A stretch of 64,000 nt of DNA, taken from positions 3,240,520 to 3,304,519 of the forward strand of contig CAWCPN010000002.1 in assembly GCA_963797495.1 (NCBI GenBank), read 5' to 3'. Each line of letters begins with the position of its first letter. Positions within the stretch are counted from its first letter, which is position 1. Of this stretch, positions 29,801 through 39,416 are shown piece after piece. This DNA comes from an uncultured Acidobacteriota bacterium. Lineage in GTDB: Bacteria > Acidobacteriota > Thermoanaerobaculia > UBA5066 > Gp7-AA6. The notes under the pieces are model-generated. The model made no database searches and was not told the origin of the DNA. It saw only the letters and a program-made list of their open reading frames with translations. A program made the translations under genes and the position numbers.

Positions 29801-30314
29801 TGGTGATCCCCGCCGCCTCCTCGATCAGCCGACGGCGGTCCTGCGGCTTGGTCGACAGGACCTGGTCGATGCGCCCCTGCTCGATGACCGAGTACGCGCG
29901 CACGCCGAGGCCCGTTCCGAGCAGCTGGTCCTGGATGTCGCGCAGGCGCACCAGCTTGTCGTTGAGGAAGTACTCGCCTTCGCCGTCGCGGTAAACCCTC
30001 CGTCCGACGCGAAGGTCCCCGTCGGCGTCGCCCTTCTCGGAATCGCCGTTCGAAGCCGCCAGGGTCAGAACGACTTCGGCCATGCCGAGCGGCCGGCGCT
30101 TGGCCGAGCCGTTGAAGATGACGTCGTCCATCCGTTCGCCGCGGAGCACTTTGGCGCTCTGCTCTCCCAGGGCCCAGGCCACGGCGTCGCTGATGTTCGA
30201 CTTTCCGCAGCCGTTCGGACCGACGACCGCGGTGACCGAGCCAGGAAAGGCCAGATCCACCTTGTCGTAGAAGGACTTGAAGCCCGCGATCTCGACCCGC
30301 TTCAAACGGAGCAT
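26805..30314 (-). CDS. smc: chromosome segregation protein SMC
   Basis: The N-terminus is MLRLKRVEIAGFKSF..GPNGCGKSNI. A long coiled coil follows. The C-terminus has ..LSGGEKALTAIALLMAIF..ILDEVDAPLDEAN... Confidence 0.9.
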   Translation of the reverse strand: MLRLKRVEIAGFKSFYDKVDLAFPGSVTAVVGPNGCGKSNISDAVAWALGEQSAKVLRGERMDDVIFNGSAKRRPLGMAEVVLTLAASNGDSEKGDADGDLRVGRRVYRDGEGEYFLNDKLVRLRDIQDQLLGTGLGVRAYSVIEQGRIDQVLSTKPQDRRRLIEEAAGITKYKLKKRLAEGKLEETRGNLLRLSDIVGEIEKNVASLRRQASRAARYKEQTEILRRRKASLTRVRGDALRETLSGSERLRDERRDREAEAAAVLARAEAALTQARLEAGEAFARRDSLREALASLEASIARDDALLDANRRAAMDLAARRGALEREGRDFASEQTRAARDLADLQERLERTVAEARAKSLAREEADRLASEAADASDALERELEETRTRALNAAGERVGARNARHEVDLAAERIAASLSRLAETGARIAEELAGREREAGEAEREAERLRAAAAEASGRVTAAEGEIAGLAARIAEAEAGRDAARQAVGALEHRLASLLETLRAREMSVNEVRQALRGAGLSEHGALSDRIRPRAGWEDAVGLVLGRDSDALLATGDVLQAVDAMRSLSAARMVRADWRHAAPNGRPEGALGWDAVIEGHSGLSPAERAALPATAFVESLPDALSLSEQHPGMTFVTRNREVVRGPVVRIAGPAAEASGLFALRREKDSLSDRLEAQRATLEAAEARLEEFRVRRSGRERDLPPLRDAERAAQAAHSAFVARLEERLSERDRLRRERETIAAETAALSAEADGHRARRVALETEERRLAEAEDDAHRRTGALSAALSEARSTAQSRGDELAHRRTEAEVAAERRRSMEAARDTLRETHSTLERRLAEATEEEARIATRAAELVHEESEARTRQTANLADREKQAVEHSAAVETAREVVSRVEGAEAATRADRAALDAAREARFEAEVAATRAASDLEHLVAQCREEFGVEPEALEAPADASPEALAALETEVAELAASIERLGPVNVLAFEEHKEMSERLVFLTTQRDDLLKSIAELQESIRKINATSSERFAEAFHAINENFKAMFARLFQGGSAEMKLLDETDVLESGIEIDAHPPGKRNQSILLLSGGEKALTAIALLMAIFRYKPSPFCILDEVDAPLDEANIDRFTRLLREMTEETQFIAITHNKRTMETADVMYGVTMEEPGCSKIVSVKFD

Positions 30315-30534
30315 TTCCGAGCAATGTAGCAAAGCGGCAGTGGCGCCGCCACTAGAGATTGGGGCCCGACCCGCCCGGACCCCCAATAACCGGTAGGCGG
30401 ACGCTCGACGGCGGCCGGCCGCCCGAGGCCCGCGGGACGACCCCCGGCCATGCGTTTCGACGACGAAGTGCGCGGGTTCCGATCGCCCGTCCGCGGAGGT
30501 CGTGCCGGCCGGTGTTGCTAGGATGCCGCGCAGC

Positions 30535-32205
30535 ATGAAATCCGACATTCAAATCGCCCAGGAGGCTCGGCTGCGTCCGATCGAGGAAGTCGCGCGCGAC
30601 GCCGGGATCCATCCGGAAGACTTCATCCCCTACGGGCGCGACAAGGCCAAGGTCGCCGTTTCGGCGATCGCCCGCGCCGAGGGACGCCCGGAAGCGCCGC
30701 TCGTGCTCGTCTCGGCGATCACTCCCACGCCCGCGGGCGAGGGCAAGTCCACGACCACGGTGGGCCTGGGCCAGGCGCTCAACCGCCTCGGCAAGCGGGC
30801 GATCATCGCCCTGCGCGAGCCATCCCTGGGTCCCTGCTTCGGGATCAAGGGCGGCGCCGCGGGCGGCGGTTACTCGCAGGTCGTGCCGATGGAGGACATC
30901 AACCTCCACTTCACGGGAGACTTCCCGGCCATCACGGCGGCGCACAACCTCCTCGCCGCGATGATCGACAACCATCTCCATCACGGCAACGCGCTCGGCA
31001 TCGACCAGCGCGACATCCCGTTCCGGCGCGTGCTCGACATGAACGACCGGGCCCTGCGCGACACGGTCATCGGACTCGGCGGCAAGATCAACGGAATCCC
31101 GCGGGAAACCGGCTTCGACATCACCGTGGCCTCCGAGGTGATGGCGATTCTCTGCCTCGCCCGGGACCTCAACGATCTCAAGGAGCGTTGCGGGTCGATC
31201 GTGGCCGGCTACCGGCGCGACACGAGCGCGATCCGCGCCGCGGACCTGAAGGCCAACGGCGCCATGGCGGCGCTGCTCAAGGACGCCATCCATCCCAACC
31301 TGGTCCAGACCCTCGAGGGCACTCCCGCGCTCATCCACGGCGGACCCTTCGCCAACATCGCGCACGGCTGCAACTCGATCCTCGCGACGCGCATCGCCAT
31401 GCGCTACGGCGAGGTGGCGGTGACCGAGGCGGGCTTCGGGTTCGACCTCGGCGGCGAGAAGTTCCTCGACATCAAGTGCGCCTACGGCGACATGTGGCCG
31501 TCGGTGGTCGTGCTGGTCGCCACCGTGCGGGCGCTCAAGATGCACGGCGGCGCGCCCAAGGACGCCCTCGGCGTGGAGGACCTGGCGGCGCTCTCGCGCG
31601 GCGTCCTGAATCTCGAGCGGCATCTCGACAACGTCCGGATCTTCGGCCTGCCCGCCGTGGTCGCAATCAACAAGTTTCCGACCGACTCGCCGGCCGAGAT
31701 CGCGTTCCTCGAGAAGCGCTGCTCCGAGCTCGGCGTGAGGGCCGCGCTCTCCGAGGTCTATGCACGCGGCGGCGCCGGCGGCGAGGACCTCGCGCGGGCG
31801 GTGCTCGCCGAAATCGGGCAGGGCGCGGCTAAATATCGTCCGCTCTATCCCTGGGACCGGCCGCTGGCGGAGAAGATCGAGATCGTCGCGCGGCGGCTCT
31901 ACGGCGCGGGCGGGGTCTCGTTTTCGAAGGAGGCCGAGCAGCGCCTCCAGCGCTACGAGAAGCACGGGTTCGGGAACCTGCCGATCAACATCGCCAAGAC
32001 GCCGTACTCGTTTTCGGACGATCCGAAGAAGGGCGGCCGTCCCTCCGGGTTCACGCTGCGCGTGGACCGGACGCGGCTCTTTGCGGGCGCGGGGTTCGTG
32101 GTGGCCGTCTGCGGCGACATCATGACGATGCCCGGACTGCCCAAGCAGCCGGCCGCCGAGACGATCGACGTCGACGCCGAGGGGCGGATCTCCGGGCTCT
32201 TCTGA
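30535..32205 (+). CDS. fhs: formate--tetrahydrofolate ligase
   Basis: Full-length FTHFS with ..[16 protein letters not shown]... No internal disruptions. Confidence 0.95.
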   Translation: MKSDIQIAQEARLRPIEEVARDAGIHPEDFIPYGRDKAKVAVSAIARAEGRPEAPLVLVSAITPTPAGEGKSTTTVGLGQALNRLGKRAIIALREPSLGPCFGIKGGAAGGGYSQVVPMEDINLHFTGDFPAITAAHNLLAAMIDNHLHHGNALGIDQRDIPFRRVLDMNDRALRDTVIGLGGKINGIPRETGFDITVASEVMAILCLARDLNDLKERCGSIVAGYRRDTSAIRAADLKANGAMAALLKDAIHPNLVQTLEGTPALIHGGPFANIAHGCNSILATRIAMRYGEVAVTEAGFGFDLGGEKFLDIKCAYGDMWPSVVVLVATVRALKMHGGAPKDALGVEDLAALSRGVLNLERHLDNVRIFGLPAVVAINKFPTDSPAEIAFLEKRCSELGVRAALSEVYARGGAGGEDLARAVLAEIGQGAAKYRPLYPWDRPLAEKIEIVARRLYGAGGVSFSKEAEQRLQRYEKHGFGNLPINIAKTPYSFSDDPKKGGRPSGFTLRVDRTRLFAGAGFVVAVCGDIMTMPGLPKQPAAETIDVDAEGRISGLF

Positions 32206-32328
32206 TCCCGCCCGGCGCGGCGGCGCGCCTCGAAAAGTGACCCGCGGTCGCAAACATCGGTGTACGACAAGTGTTGCGATTGTCTTCAGGGTATGTGTAT
32301 GGTCGCGCTGTTAGGGGGCCTTCCGGTC

Positions 32329-33417
32329 ATGTTGACAGTTGAGGTTCGTCGGCGCCCGGGCACGAGTGCCGAGATGCATCGCGTCACCGGCGGAAGCGCG
32401 ACAGTTGGCGCCTCGTCGGGCAACGAAATCGTCGTCCGCGCGCGCGGAGTCTACGGCCGCCACATGCGGCTGTTCGAACGCGACGGCAACTACCACCTCG
32501 ACCTCTTCAAGGGCATCGAGACCGTCCAGGTCAACGGCCGCGACTTCTTCGGAGGTCCGATCACCGTGGGCGACCGAATCTCGATCGGCGAGGCGACGCT
32601 CACCGTGGTGGAGGCTTCGTCGGCCATGCGGCCGACTCCGTTGGGGGAGATCCCCGCGGGCGATCTCGCGGCGCCGCCGGAAGTGCCGGCCGCCGCCGTC
32701 CTGCCGGTGACGGAAGTCGAGTATCGGGCGCTGCGGCTGGCGGCGTTTCGCCTGTGCCGCGAGGCGCACTCCTCGGAGGACCTCGCCACCGAGCTGACGG
32801 ATTTCCTGGACCGCGAGCTTCCCCCCTCGGAATGGGCGGTCGGCGAGTTTTCCGCGGTCGCGGGATTCCGGCCGCTCGCTTCGACGTTCCGGGAAAACCC
32901 GGCTCTTCCGCCCCGCATGGCGCAGGACCTGCGGTCGGGCGAGCGCCTGGCGCGCGCCGAGACCGTCACGGGCGCGCTGACGCTCCTCATCGAACCGATG
33001 CGCGAGGGGGTCGGCTGCGTCGGGATCCTCGTGCGCGAAACGCCGCGTTTGGCGGCCCGGGCCGTTCTCTTCCTCGAGGAGCTCGTGCAGATGGCCGGCA
33101 TCGCATTCTCCGGGATCGGCGCGCACGAGCCGGGACACGCCGCCGTCCGGCAGACGATGGAGGTTCCGGCCCCGGCCGCGCCGGCCGCCGAGCCGAGCCT
33201 GGCCGAGACGGTGCTTCGCCAGACGGACGACCTCAAGAAGATCGTCGAGACCGTGGAACGCGAGGTCATCGACCGCGCCATGCGTCGCGTGGAAGGCAAC
33301 CAGAGCCGGGGAGCCCAGGTCCTCAACATCTCGCGCGGTTCCCTGATCGCCAAGCTCAAGGAGTTCGGGATCGCGGACTATCGATACCTCCGGCGCGAGC
33401 GGGGTCGCCGGGGCTAG
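32329..33417 (+). CDS. FHA-domain transcriptional regulator with C-terminal Fis-type HTH
   Basis: The N-terminal FHA-like segment is ..GNEIVVRARGVYGRHMRLFERDGNYHLDLF.... The C-terminus ..RGAQVLNISRGSLIAKLKEFGI.. is an HTH_8. An AT-richer promoter-like island lies at 32250-32328. Confidence 0.65.
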   Translation: MLTVEVRRRPGTSAEMHRVTGGSATVGASSGNEIVVRARGVYGRHMRLFERDGNYHLDLFKGIETVQVNGRDFFGGPITVGDRISIGEATLTVVEASSAMRPTPLGEIPAGDLAAPPEVPAAAVLPVTEVEYRALRLAAFRLCREAHSSEDLATELTDFLDRELPPSEWAVGEFSAVAGFRPLASTFRENPALPPRMAQDLRSGERLARAETVTGALTLLIEPMREGVGCVGILVRETPRLAARAVLFLEELVQMAGIAFSGIGAHEPGHAAVRQTMEVPAPAAPAAEPSLAETVLRQTDDLKKIVETVEREVIDRAMRRVEGNQSRGAQVLNISRGSLIAKLKEFGIADYRYLRRERGRRG

Positions 33418-33445
33418 GAACGCTTCGCCTGCGAGGGGGCCCGAT

Positions 33446-33913
33446 TCATCGGGCCGCCGCGTCGAGCTCCTCCTGGAACGCCAGGATCGAACTGCAGAGC
33501 GCCCGCAGGCCCGAAGGGAGCGTCAGGAGGAGCTCGCCCGAGGCGTTGACGACCACCTGTTCGGTTTCGCCCGAGACGAGCAGGTCGCCCGTCTCGCTGC
33601 GGACCTCGTAGTCCATCACGAGGCGCGCGACGCTCGGCGCGCGCAGGCGTGCGGTCACCCGGATCGTCTGGTCGGGGCGCGCGGGTGCCCGGTACCGGAG
33701 CTCCATCCGCGTGACCGGCACGCGGTAGCCCATCTCGAGCGCGCGGGCGGCCGAGAAGCCGAAGCGGCCCGTCAGGGCTTCGCGGACATGCTCGAAATAC
33801 AGGACGTAGTGTCCATGCCACACGACCCCGTACGGGTCGCACTCGGCGAACCGTACGGGGATCTCGAGCGTCAGGCCGCAGAGAGGAGGAGCGGAGCGCG
33901 CCGGAGGGGTCAT
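33446..33913 (-). CDS. hotdog-fold acyl-CoA/acyl-ACP thioesterase (4HBT/YbgC-like)
   Basis: ..ECDPYGVVWHGHYVLYFE.. is the 4HBT catalytic region. The ATG overlaps the stop of the upstream KS-like gene (ATGA). Confidence 0.7.
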   Translation of the reverse strand: MTPPARSAPPLCGLTLEIPVRFAECDPYGVVWHGHYVLYFEHVREALTGRFGFSAARALEMGYRVPVTRMELRYRAPARPDQTIRVTARLRAPSVARLVMDYEVRSETGDLLVSGETEQVVVNASGELLLTLPSGLRALCSSILAFQEELDAAAR

Positions 33914-35010
33914 CCCGGCGATTCCATCACGGCGGCGAGAAAATTTCCGCCGGCGCCGAAAGAGTTGACGAGGGCGCGCCGCGCGTCGCCTGCCGCCACC
34001 GCCCGGCAAGCCGCCACGAGCTGGGCGCCTCCGGCCGCCGCCATCTCGCCGATCGCGTCCTTGACCGAGACCTCGCGGGGCCGCCGGCTGCCGAAGACGG
34101 TCCGCATCGCCTCCTGCCTCGGCCCGGTCCATCTCGGCGACCCCGTCGCGCGAGGAGAGCCAGAGATCGACGCTCCCGGCGTCGGCCCCGGCATCCTCGA
34201 GGGCCCCCCGGATCGCCCGCTCCATGGCGCCCGGGTGCGGCGCGAACCGGTAGGGTTCCGACGCCACGCCGGCCGTGCCGATGCCCGAAATGCGGGCCAG
34301 GGGAGTCGCTCCACGTCCGCGCGCGGCCGACTCTTCCTCGAGGAGCAGGACGAAGGCGCCCTCGCCCTGCACGATGCCGTTGGCGCGCTTCTCGCCCCGC
34401 AGCGCGCCGACGCGGTCGAAGCCCATCGCATAGAAGGCGTTCCATTCGTCGACCGCCCCGGCCAGCATCGCACGCGCCCGACCCGAGGCGAGGGCGAGCG
34501 TCGAGAACAGGACGGCGTTCAGGGCCGAAGGGTCCTTCTGGGTGATCGTGACGTTGGGCCCGAAGATCTTGAGCTCGATCGAGACCTGGGAGGCCGGGGC
34601 GTTGGCGACGGTGTTGGGGAAGTGGAACGGAGGCGCCGCCTCCGGCGACTCGAGGATCAGGACCTTGAGGAACTCGGTCAGCGCGCCCGCGCCCGCCGAG
34701 CCGGTTCCCATGGCGATGCCGATCGATTCGGGGTCGTCGGCGATGGCGTAGCCGGACTCGGCGATCGCCTGGGCGGAGGCGATCAGGGCGAACTGGCTGC
34801 CGCGGTCGAGGCGCCGCGCCTTCATCGCCGGGATCTCGGGCTGCGGCGAAAAACCTTCGTAGCGCGCGGCATGCGTGGCCTGCATGCCGCCGCGGGCCTC
34901 GGGGTCGAGCGGACGGATCGCGCGGTCTCCGGCCGTGAGACGCCGGTAGAACTCGGCCGGGCTGCGGCCGAGCGGGGAGACCGCGCCGGTCCCCGTGACG
35001 AGGCCGCGCG
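33910..35010 (-). CDS. ketosynthase-like protein with the active-site Cys replaced by Gln (KS-beta / chain-length-factor-like); frameshifted (one or more) and start unclear
   Basis: The N-terminal part reads ..GLVTGTGAVSPLGRSPAEFYRRL..ARRLDRGSQFALIAS..GPNVTITQKDPSALNAV.., with Q where FabF has Cys. The true C-terminus ..ALVNSFGAGGNFLAAVMESPG lies in a different frame, implying a shift near 34130-34160. No ATG, GTG or TTG precedes GLVTG in frame. Confidence 0.5.
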
Positions 35011-35012
35011 GA

Positions 35013-36235
35013 TCAGCCGGCGCCGGTATAGCGCGAGAGAACGACGACCGAGCTGTTGCCGCCGAACGCGAACGAGTTCGACAGGGCGACCTCGACCTCG
35101 ACGTCGCGCGCCGCGTTGGGAACGTAGTCGAGGTCGCAGGCCGGGTCGGGGTTCTCGTAGTGGATCGTGGGCGGGACCATGCCGTCGCGGACGGTCAGCG
35201 CCGTCGCCACCGCCTCGATCGCCCCGGAGGCGCAGAGGCAGTGGCCGATCATGGACTTGATCGAGGAGACCGGGATCGCGCGTGCCCGGTCGCCGAGGGC
35301 GGCCTTCAGCGCGGAGGTCTCGGCCGAGTCGTTCTGCGGCGTCGCGGTGCCGTGCGCGTTGACGTAGTCGACGTCCTCGGGGTTGAGGCCGGCGCTCCGG
35401 AGCGCCGCCCGGATCGTGCGGCCGCCGGCGGCGCCGGAGGGATCCGGCGCGGTCATGTGGTACGCGTCGGAGGTGACGCCATAGCCGCGAAACTCGGCGA
35501 CGACCGGCGCGCCGCGGCGGCGCGCGCGCCCCTCCTCCTCGAAGACGAGGATCCCGGCCGCCTCGCCGATCGAGAGGCCCTTGCGCTCGCGGTCGAAGGG
35601 CCGGCAGGGATCGGGATCCACCGAGCGCAGCGAGTTGAAGCCGCCGTAGGTCAGCCGAGCCAGCACGTCCGAGCCGCCCGTGACCACGACGTCCGCCAGG
35701 CCCGCGGCGATCGCGTCGAAGGCGTAGCCCATGGCGTTGGCCGAGGAGGAGCAGGCCGTCGTGATCGTCGACTTGATGCCCTCGAGGCCGAAGCGCTGCG
35801 CGACGCGGTCGGTGATCGAGTCGGGCAGGTGATTGAGGACCTTCGAGGGGCGGGCCTTCCGGCCGCGCAGGTAGAGCTCGAAGAAGGCCTCGCGAGTCGA
35901 TCAGGCCCGAGGTGCCGCCGCCGAGGATCACGCCGATGCGGGACGGGATCCTCGCGCGCGAGGTCGAGGCCCGCGGCCGCGATGGCCTCCCGCGCCGCGG
36001 CGACCCCCATGCGGTCGGCGCGGGACATGCGCCGCCGCTCGGCCGCCGTCAGGAAGCCGTCCGGGATCTCTTCGACCTGGGCCGCCGTCTGCGTGCGGTA
36101 GGAGGCGGGGTCGAAGAGCGAGAACGGGCGGATGCCGCAGGCGCCCGAGAGCAGGTTCGTCCAGAAATCCGCGAGCGTTCCGCCGATCGACGTGACCGCC
36201 CCCAAGCCGGTGATGACGACACGCCGCTGGCCCAC
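35013..36235 (-). CDS. beta-ketoacyl synthase (FabF/KAS II-like, active-site Cys present), with two +1 frameshifts near 35880-35930
   Basis: The N-terminus is [19 protein letters not shown]. The active site is [16 protein letters not shown], and His/His lie in [11 protein letters not shown] and IGHCLCASG. The reading switches frame twice within about 60 nt (..EDP / [17 protein letters not shown] / REAFFELYL..). Confidence 0.65.
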
Positions 36236-36316
36236 GCGGCGATTGTGGCACAGGGCCGGGCGTCGCGGCGGCGCGCCGTCCAGGACGTTCTTGACTCCTC
36301 TGCCATAATCCCGCCC

Positions 36317-36758
36317 GTGGCGGATGCACGCGTCGACTGGCACACCTACTTCATGAACATCGCCCGGCAGGTCTCGACCCGGTCGACCTGCCCGCGCAAG
36401 CACGTCGGCGCCGTCATCGTGCGCGACAAGACGATCCTCTCGACCGGGTACAACGGCTCGATCCGCGGGCCTGCCGCACTGTTCGGACGTCGGCTGCACG
36501 ATGGAGGACGGCCACTGCGTCGCTACGGTCCACGCGGAGGCCAACGCGATCATCCAGGCCGCCAAGAACGGAGTGTCGATCGAGGGCGCCGAGATCTACA
36601 CGACGGCCAGCCCCTGCTGGCCCTGCTTCAAGCTGATCGCCAACTCCGGTCTCGGCCGCGTGTACTACGGCGAGTTCTACCGGGACGAGCGCTCGCTCCT
36701 CGTGGCCAGGAGTGCGGGCATCGAGCTCGTGGACCTCTCCGCTTCCGCACGGGCCTGA
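36317..36758 (+). CDS. dCMP deaminase (cytidine/deoxycytidylate deaminase family), with one frameshift near 36470
   Basis: ..[37 protein letters not shown] lies in one frame and ..[17 protein letters not shown] in the next. The zinc motifs HAE and PCxxC are both present. Confidence 0.7.
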
Positions 36759-37463
36759 CGCGACCGATCAGGAGGGCGCCGGCGCCCCTCCGAGCGCGAG
36801 GATCCGAAGGCAATCCTCCAGGTGGCCCTTCGAGGCGGCCGAGAGCTGGAAGAAGCGGCACCCGAGTGCCCCGGTCGGGCTCCTTCCCGAGCCGGACGAC
36901 GAGAGCCTCGGCGACGAGCGGTGCGCACGCCGTGCTCGACCGGAACGTCGAAAGAGACTTCGAGCCGCGCTCCGATCGGCTGCCGCGCGTCGGTGCGTAC
37001 GAAGAAGCCGCCGCGCGAAAGGTCCCGGATCGTGCCGGCGTGCTGGAGGCCGTCCCGCCAGAACGTGATCGACCACCCGACCGCGGCACGCGCCTCCTCG
37101 CGCGGCAGGACCTGCAGGAACCGGCGCAGGGCCGCGAAGAAGGCCTCCGGGTCGAGCGGCAGCGGCAATGTGGCGTCCGCCCCGGCACGCGTGGACGCCG
37201 CCTCGGACCCCGTCGGTCCGACCACCACGATGGGCGTCCGGGCGAAGGCGGGGTCCGCCTTGAGAACCCGCGTGAGATCGACGCCCGTCATCCCCTTCAT
37301 GCCGGCACTGACGACGATCAGGGCCGGGCGTTCCGCGGCGCACGAGGTCGAGCGCCTCCGTGCCGCCGGCGGCCTCGAGCGTCTCGCAGCCGGTGCGCTT
37401 CAGGACTTCCTCCGCGGCTCCGCGAAAGAGCCCCGTGTCGTCGACGAGGAGGATCGGAGACAT
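36677..37463 (-). CDS. response regulator receiver domain fused to a PilZ-like domain; one frameshift inside REC
   Basis: [43 protein letters not shown] is the REC N-terminus. After the shift, ..[27 protein letters not shown] is the REC C-terminus. The PilZ-like part is ..[30 protein letters not shown]... Confidence 0.5.
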
Positions 37464-37470
37464 CGGTGCC

Positions 37471-38193
37471 TCAGAATCCCCGCGGCCGCAGCACGACCTC
37501 GCCGTGCAGCACGTGGGCGAGGCGACGTCAGGACGGACATGAGCGCGTCCACGACGTCCTCGGTCGTCAGCATCTGCGGCCGGTCGAGCGTCGGCCGATA
37601 GCGGTTCGAAGAACTCGGTGTCGACCGAGCCCGGGCAGATCGCGGTGACCCGGATGTTGGCCGGCTTCAGCTCCGCGGCGAGCGCGCGGCTGAAGCCGAC
37701 GAGCCCCGCCTTGGCGGCGCAGTAGACCGTGCCCTCGGCGAAACCCTCGAGGCCCGCGATCGAGGACATGATGACGATGTCCGAGGGTGCGGATCGCAGC
37801 AGTGCATGGAGGCAGGCCTGCGACAGGTAGATGGCGGCGGCCAGATTCGTCTCGAGCATCGACGCGACCTCGGAGCGCTTGGCTTCCAGCAGCGGCGCCC
37901 GGTAGCCGAGCCCGGCGTTGTTGATCAGGATGTCCAGGCGCCGGAAGCGCGAGAGCAGCACGTCGACGCGCGTCGTAGAGGGCCGGGACGCTGCGCAGGT
38001 CGAGCACGTGGTAGGCGGCCTCTCCGCCGGCATCGGTGATCTCGCGGGCCACCTCGCGCAGCTTTTCCTCGCGGCGCGCGACCAGGAACACCTTCACGCC
38101 CGCGGCGGCCAGGGCGAGCGCGAAGGCCCGGCCCAGGCCCGAGGAGGCTCCCGTGATCAGCGCCACCTTGCCGTGCAGGGTCTGGCCCGTCAT
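37471..38193 (-). pseudogene. short-chain dehydrogenase/reductase (SDR) with at least four frameshifts
   Basis: GKVALITGASSGLGRAFA, RLDILINNAGL, YCAAKAGLVGFSRALAAEL and C-terminal ..[14 protein letters not shown] are all recognisable but distributed over three frames. Confidence 0.55.
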
Positions 38194-38283
38194 GGCGCCA
38201 AGTTATCAGGCTATTGGCGGCCCCGGCCGGCGTCCAGCGCCCGCCGGGCGCCGGCTGTCCGCGCCTGTATCATCCGCTCCCGC

Positions 38284-39310
38284 ATGGACACGATCTCCCA
38301 CGGCTTCGCGGGCTCGATCCTGGCCCGCTCGGCCGCGGAGCGCCCCGCGGCGCGGGCGGCCCTCGTTCTCGGCGCCGTCGCGGCGATGGTTCCGGACCTC
38401 GACTTCCTCTTCTTCTCCAACCGCCTCGACTACCTGCGCGACCACCGGAGCTGGACCCATTCCTTCCTGGTCCTGCCGTTTCTCGCGCTGGGGCTGGCCC
38501 TCGTCGCGAAGGCCTTCGCGCGCCGGGCGCGCTCTGCGCGATGCTGTGGCTCTTCGCCGCGATCGGGATCGCGTCCCACATCCTCTTCGACTGGGCGACG
38601 TCCTTCGGGACGATGTTCTGGACGCCCGTGACGCGGCATCGCTACGCCCTCGACTGGCTTTTCATCCTCGACCCGCTCTTCACCGGGATCGCGCTCGGCA
38701 ACGCTCGATCCTCACGCTCGTGCTTCCGGGACCGCGCGCGTCGAATCGCGATCGTCGGCTCGGGCGTGCTCGCGGCCTACGTCGCAGCCTGCGCCGTCCT
38801 CCATGCCCGCGCCCTCGAGATCTGGAAGCGGCTCGACGCGGCCCGCCGCCGGGCGCGCGGGTCGCGGTGCTGCCGCAGTTTCTGTCGCCCTTCCGCTGGC
38901 TCGGGCTCTCGGAGAGCGGCGGACGAGATCCGCGTCGCCTTCTTCGACATCGGACCCTTCGCGAAGGGCGTCGCGGACCCGCAGCCGCCGAAGCGGTGGG
39001 GGGAGGTGCTGCGGAGCCTCTCGGACTTCTACCCGCCGCCCGCGCGCGCGAAGGTCGCGACGCTACGAGAAGCCGGCGGGCCGCGCCGGCGCTCGAGGCG
39101 GCGCGCACGCCTCGACGGACTGGCAGATCTACCTGGCGTTCGCGCGGTTTCCGCTCGAGACCGTCTACCCGGAGCCGGACGGAGGAGCGACGGTGATCGT
39201 CCAGGACCTGCGCTTCCTGCCGTTCTTCACGGGCCCGTGGGAGCCCGACCAGAAGCAGGGGATCCGGCGGCAGCCCTTCGTCTACCGCGTCCGCTTGGAC
39301 CGCGTCGCTA
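38284..39310 (+). pseudogene. YdjM-like membrane-bound metal-dependent hydrolase (DUF457) with several frameshifts
   Basis: MDTISHGFAGSILARS..PDLDFL..DHRSWTHSFL..ASHILFDWATSFGTMFWTP.. spans at least three frames. The 3' end is uncertain. Confidence 0.45.
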
Positions 39311-39416
39311 CGCGCCGTCGAGCGGGGCTTCGTTCGCAGCGGGCGCTGAGGGCGTCGGCGCCGCGGCGGGGCGGCGTCGCCGGCGACGTAGGAGTACTCG
39401 GGCTCGGGCGTCCGCG

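Noticed and set aside
26898-30329. 1143-aa plus-strand ORF (and 27103..28575) overlapping smc
   Set aside because: Antisense to an intact SMC with Walker A/B and signature motifs. The translation is Arg/Gly/Leu-rich filler.
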